From an uncultured Desulfospira sp. (GTDB taxonomy: Bacteria; Desulfobacterota; Desulfobacteria; Desulfobacterales; Desulfobacteraceae): DNA of 64,000 bases. Location: positions 1,408,001 to 1,472,000 of the forward strand of contig OY760175.1 of the NCBI GenBank assembly GCA_963663165.1. Reading direction: 5' to 3'. Position 1 is the stretch's first letter; each line of letters begins with the position of its first letter. This document shows, piece by piece, positions 59,800 through 64,000 of this stretch. The translations under genes and the position numbers were made by a program. Under the pieces are notes generated by a model, which saw only the letters and a program-made list of their open reading frames with translations, searched no databases and was not told where the DNA came from.

Positions 59800-60528
59800 A
59801 TGAAAACCCCAACCTTTGAAAACGACTTTATCATCGAAGACGACGAATCCACATTTCTGGTCACCTACTCGGATCTCGTCACCCTGCTCCTTGTTTTTTT
59901 TATTTTTCTTTACACCATGGGCTCCAGCCAGCTTGAACGGGCAAAAAACTCTTTAAAGGAAATTCAGGACCAGGCAGACCCGGCAGGAAAAACAGCGAAA
60001 CTCCAGGAAATGGCGGATATGCTCCATCCCGGCAAATTCACCATCGAAGACGTTACGGGGCTTAAATCAAGGGATACCAGACTGTTGGAAGCCGTCAAAT
60101 ATATGGTCCGGCAGACCGGACAGGAGGAAAACATCACCTCGGAATTTAAAGACGGCAAAACCATTATCAACATATCCGGACAAACCCTGTTTTCATCGGG
60201 GTCGGCCACCATCAATGCCAAAGCTGTCTGGATTTTTGATGAAATGGCTGCTATCTTTAAAACATATCCGGATTACACCATCAACATCAAAGGCCACACA
60301 GACGACAACCCTATTTCAACAGATAAATTTCCGTCCAACTGGGAGCTGTCTGCCATCAGGGCCACCAATGTTCTAAGACGGATGGTTGCAATGGGGATCG
60401 ACCCCCACCGGCTGACCGCCACCGGTTACGGGAAGATCATGCCCCGGGTCCCCAATATCAGCGACAGGAACAGGGCCATGAACAGGAGGGTTGAATTTGT
60501 TCTCGAAAAAAAAGAACGCAACAATTAA
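59800..60528 (+). CDS. motB: Flagellar stator MotB/PomB
   Basis: TYSDLVTLLLVFF; OmpA-like domain GHTDD..SNWELSAIRA..NRRVE. Confidence 0.92.
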   Translation: MKTPTFENDFIIEDDESTFLVTYSDLVTLLLVFFIFLYTMGSSQLERAKNSLKEIQDQADPAGKTAKLQEMADMLHPGKFTIEDVTGLKSRDTRLLEAVKYMVRQTGQEENITSEFKDGKTIINISGQTLFSSGSATINAKAVWIFDEMAAIFKTYPDYTINIKGHTDDNPISTDKFPSNWELSAIRATNVLRRMVAMGIDPHRLTATGYGKIMPRVPNISDRNRAMNRRVEFVLEKKERNN

Positions 60529-60889
60529 GGTCATTGACCCGGGAGAGGCGGATAACCGGCGGCAGGCCTACCGGTATACCTTCTCACAGCAGATGCCGCC
60601 TGAAATAACGTTTAAGCAAAGAACCGTCACCCTGATGAACATCAGCGCCGGCGGCCTGGCATTTAAGGCGGATGGATTTGCCGTCAACGATGGCGATGAG
60701 GTTTCCTTGACCCTTATGGTCCCGGGATCAGGCAAACAGTTTAATATCAATGTAAGGCTTCATATTTTTGAAATCAAATCCCCGGACATCTGCCACTGCA
60801 CTTTTGAAAACCTTGACCCGGACCAGGAAGAACTCATCCACCGGTATGTCCTTGAAATGCAAAAACAGGATTTGGGAAAACCCATCTAA
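60491..60889 (+). CDS. PilZ-domain protein
   Basis: RRQAYR and NISAGG c-di-GMP-binding motifs. Confidence 0.85.
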   Translation: MNLFSKKKNATIKVIDPGEADNRRQAYRYTFSQQMPPEITFKQRTVTLMNISAGGLAFKADGFAVNDGDEVSLTLMVPGSGKQFNINVRLHIFEIKSPDICHCTFENLDPDQEELIHRYVLEMQKQDLGKPI

Positions 60890-62071
60890 GTGATCCTTCA
60901 CATTGACATGGATGCCTTTTTTGCCGCGGTTGAGCAACGGGACCACCCCGAACTTCAAAACCGCCCCATTGTGGTGTCCGGCAGGTCCCAAAGAAGCGTG
61001 GTCTCAACGGCCAGCTACGAGGCCAGAAAATTTGGCATCCATTCGGCCATGCCGGTATTCAAGGCCCTGCAGTTATGCCCTGAACTGATCATTGTCCCGG
61101 GGGATAAAAAAAAATACGCGGCTGAATCAAAGGCCATCATGGATATTCTTTCGGCGTTTTCCCCCCTGGTGGAGCCGGTCTCCATTGATGAGGCCTATGT
61201 GGATGTTAAAGGATGCGTCAAACTGTTCGGCTCCCCCCGGACCATTGCCGAAACCATCAAAAGCCAAATCAAAGAACGGCGGAACCTGACCTGTTCCATT
61301 GGGATCGCCCCGTTAAAATTCTTAGCAAAAATCGCCTCAGACATGAATAAACCCGCCGGACTGACCCTTATTTCACCGGACAAGGCCCATGAATTTATTC
61401 GACACCTGCCCATTGAAAAGGTCCCGGGGGTGGGAAAACAGGCCATGAACCGGATGAGACAACTCAACATTAACACCTTAGGGGATGTCTACAGGTTTGA
61501 TGAAGCCCTGTTGAAAAATCATTTCGGCATCTTTGGGTCCAGGCTGTTTTCATTGTCCAGGGGAATTGATGACAATCCGGTCACGGCAGGCCATGAACGA
61601 AAATCCATTTCCAGTGAAACCACCCTGTCACAGGATATCCATGATTTCAAGGATGCCAGGAATATCTTGCTTTCCCATTCCCAGAGAGTCGGCATGGATC
61701 TGCGGCAAAAAAACATGGTCTGCCACGCTGTTTCCATTAAGGTAAAGTTTTCCGACTTTACCCAGATCACCCGAAGCCAGAAGACCCCAAGCCCCATATG
61801 CTCGTCCAAGGCCATTTTCGACCATGCCTTAGCCCTGTATTCAAAGGTGAAACCGGCCAAAAAAATAAGGCTTTTAGGGGTGGGGGTCTCCCATTTGAGG
61901 GACAAAGGCCTGCCGGTTCAAATGGACCTTTTCAATCCCCCGGGACAGGTATCCGGCCGGCAGTGGGAAAAGGTGGATTCAGCGGCCGATGCCGTGGCCA
62001 AAAAATTCGGTGCTGATTTGATTAAGAAAGCCTCTTTAACACCGGGCCATTCAAAAAAAGAGACGGGATGA
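60890..62071 (+). CDS. dinB: DNA polymerase IV
   Basis: HIDMDAFFA, SYEARKFG, SIDEAY and LAKIASD motifs. Confidence 0.95.
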   Translation: MILHIDMDAFFAAVEQRDHPELQNRPIVVSGRSQRSVVSTASYEARKFGIHSAMPVFKALQLCPELIIVPGDKKKYAAESKAIMDILSAFSPLVEPVSIDEAYVDVKGCVKLFGSPRTIAETIKSQIKERRNLTCSIGIAPLKFLAKIASDMNKPAGLTLISPDKAHEFIRHLPIEKVPGVGKQAMNRMRQLNINTLGDVYRFDEALLKNHFGIFGSRLFSLSRGIDDNPVTAGHERKSISSETTLSQDIHDFKDARNILLSHSQRVGMDLRQKNMVCHAVSIKVKFSDFTQITRSQKTPSPICSSKAIFDHALALYSKVKPAKKIRLLGVGVSHLRDKGLPVQMDLFNPPGQVSGRQWEKVDSAADAVAKKFGADLIKKASLTPGHSKKETG

Positions 62072-62102
62072 GCCAGGCCGGAGGGTTAAATTATAAAAAA
62101 AC

Positions 62103-62179
62103 TCACGCTAAGGCGCAAAGGCGCAAAGCTTAATTTTTCTGGGCAATGGTATTCTTTGCGCCTTAGCGCCTTTGCGTGA
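62103..62179. repeat. 8-nt-period inverted repeat between convergent genes
   Basis: TCACGCTAAGGCGCAAAGGCGCAAAG / CTTTGCGCCTTAGCGCCTTTGCGTGA (24/26). Confidence 0.8.
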
Positions 62180-62213
62180 AAATATAAAAAAGAGGGCGAA
62201 GCCGTCAACTGCG

Positions 62214-62320
62214 CCAAATCCCAGATCCCAATCCCCAAGTCTCAGATCCCAATCCCCAAGTCTCAAATCCCAAGTCCCAAGTCCCAAGTCTCAAATCCCA
62301 AGTCCCAAGTCCCAAGTCCC
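62214..62320. repeat. Long heptamer tandem array (~15 CCCAAGT-type units)
   Basis: Direct reading; abuts the stop codon of the lutC-like gene. Confidence 0.88.
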
Positions 62321-62321
62321 G

Positions 62322-62975
62322 CTAAAACCCCAAATCCTGATTAACAAAAATAATTTTGATTCGCTTTTTCACAAAGCTTTTCTCAATGATGGTCCAGTAG
62401 TTACAGATCCGGTCCGGGCTCGAGCAGTCATGGCAGACCCCGGTTTTCACACAGGGGGTTTTCTTGCCAAGCTTCATGGTGTTCACCGGGGCGGCATAAT
62501 GTTTGACCCGTTCCATGGCACTTTCAAGATCAGGGCAGATCTTATTGCGGCCGATGATCAAAAGAACGTTCTTAGGCCCCCACATCATGGCGGCCACCCG
62601 GTTGCCGATCATATCTAAATTGACCAGCTGGCCGTCCTCGGTAACCGCATTGGTTCCGGTGATAAACAGATCCACCATCAAGGCCTGGCGGCGGCGCTCA
62701 AACATATCTTCAGCGGAAATGCTCTGGTCAAAGGTATTGATGACCGTTAAGTCCTTTTGGTCCATTACCCCATGATAAAGCCCGGTTTCCACAAAAGAGA
62801 CCGATCCCCCGAAAGACACGGTTTCAGGGGACAGAACCGGGATAATGTCATTTAAAGCGATATCCTTGGCCGCCTGGGCCGTATCGGCAATAAACACCTC
62901 AAAATTGTTTTTCTCAAGGTTCTCTTTTACGGCCTCAAGTTTGAGTTTCCAGTAGTTGTCGATGGGGTTCTTCAT
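62322..62975 (-). CDS. Lactate utilization protein C / LUD-domain protein
   Basis: GTNAVTEDGQLVNLDMIGNRVA; C-terminal CVKTGVCHDCSSPDRIC. Confidence 0.85.
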   Translation of the reverse strand: MKNPIDNYWKLKLEAVKENLEKNNFEVFIADTAQAAKDIALNDIIPVLSPETVSFGGSVSFVETGLYHGVMDQKDLTVINTFDQSISAEDMFERRRQALMVDLFITGTNAVTEDGQLVNLDMIGNRVAAMMWGPKNVLLIIGRNKICPDLESAMERVKHYAAPVNTMKLGKKTPCVKTGVCHDCSSPDRICNYWTIIEKSFVKKRIKIIFVNQDLGF

Positions 62976-63439
62976 TGAAAAAACTCCTTTTTTCTGGGGT
63001 TACAGGTCACCGGTAAAATATACCTTCCGGCACAAGGGCATGCAACGATTATTTTGCCGTTAACATTCCGATCCGACGACAGAAAAAAGCAGAAAAATCT
63101 TTTTTTTATTGACTTAATCTGAAGTTCTTAATATGTGTTGTATTATAAATAAATCAGATTCAGTAAATAATTTTGATTCTTCTTTCCTGCTTGAGCACCG
63201 GTGCCGCCTGATTCTCTTTTATGCAACAGCCCCACCCACCTCCCCTTAACCTGCCGCTGAATTGATACTGAAATTTACACCATATGTGCCACCCTTTTTG
63301 ACCTGAAACCATGTTTTACTAACCGTTTTTTTGACAACTTTAGTTTTTCATCGCGAAAGAAAAGGAGGTGATGCCGTTTTTTCCCTGTTTTAACCATAAC
63401 CGATTTTTTGACAACCCAAAGAATCCAAAGGAGATGCCG

Positions 63440-64000
63440 ATGAGCAAAAAAGATGTTGTCGAAACCACTGAAGCCCAGATAGCCGTTCACTGGAAAGAAG
63501 AAGACTACTATTACCCTTCAGCAAAATTTATCGGCCAGGCCAACCTCACTGATCCCGATATTTTTAACCGGTTCAGCCTGGATAATTTCCCTGATTATTT
63601 CACGGAATATGCAGAGCTTCTCACCTGGTACAAGTACTGGGACGAGGTTCTCGACACCAGCGACGCCCCCTGCTACAAATGGTTCAGAGGCGGCCTGATC
63701 AATGCCAGTTACAACTGCATTGACCGCCACCTGAAAACCAACAAAAACAAAACCGCCATTCATTTTGTTCCGGAACCGGAAAACGAAAAAGTAGACCACA
63801 TCACCTACCAGGAACTCTATGTCAAGGTCAATGAAATGGCGGCCCTGCTCAAGGGGACGGCCAAACTCAAAAGAGGGGATAGGGTGACCATTCACATGCC
63901 CATGTCGGCTGAACTTCCCATTACCATGCTGGCCTGCGCAAGGCTCGGGGTGGTTCATTCCGTTGTTTTCGGCGGGTTCTCCGCCAGCGCCAGTGCCGAC
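63440..64000 (+). CDS. acs: Acetate--CoA ligase (5' part, runs off the window)
   Basis: MSKKDVVETTEAQIAVHWKEE..KWFRGGLINASYNCIDRH..MLACARLGVVHSVVFGGFS; AAGGAG RBS. Confidence 0.92.
   Translation, partial: MSKKDVVETTEAQIAVHWKEEDYYYPSAKFIGQANLTDPDIFNRFSLDNFPDYFTEYAELLTWYKYWDEVLDTSDAPCYKWFRGGLINASYNCIDRHLKTNKNKTAIHFVPEPENEKVDHITYQELYVKVNEMAALLKGTAKLKRGDRVTIHMPMSAELPITMLACARLGVVHSVVFGGFSASASAD

Noticed and set aside
62172..62618. 148-aa ORF with SPKSQVP repeats
   Set aside because: Translation of the heptamer array plus the antisense strand of the lutC-like gene
63518..63958. 146-aa minus-strand ORF
   Set aside because: Shadow ORF antisense to acs

Overview
Bacterial chromosomal window, most likely from a sulfate-reducing Desulfobacteraceae-type deltaproteobacterium (inferred from gene content). 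About 0.2-52 kb is a large minus-strand PEP-CTERM/exosortase-associated exopolysaccharide (EPS) locus. It carries a TPR lipoprotein, a sigma54-driven PEP-CTERM protein, Wzc/Wza-type export genes, EpsI, exosortase, Ugd, deacetylases, FemAB, two AsnB-like proteins, many glycosyltransferases, a flippase, an O-antigen ligase-like protein, an ATP-grasp ligase and a lyase-like protein. The rest is housekeeping: pepN, a cold-shock gene, a peptide ABC transporter, motAB-pilZ-dinB, a lutC-like gene and acs. Highlights: (1) A 4,206-bp TG...CA transposon (11657-15862) with a 6-bp target duplication. It encodes a Zn-finger/HTH protein, a DDE transposase, an AAA+ ATPase, a small protein and, unusually, an RSF1010 RepB'-like primase. 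(2) One acyltransferase gene broken by four insertions (this transposon, an IS1380 and two ISAzo13 copies) that reassembles into an open 360-aa frame. (3) An unannotated secreted rhodanese-like selenoprotein candidate (C-G-UGA plus a SECIS-like hairpin) inside the EPS operon. (4) A four-helix-bundle gene bracketed by inverted 7-nt tandem-repeat arms, with empty versions of those arms and related 8-nt palindromes scattered through the window.
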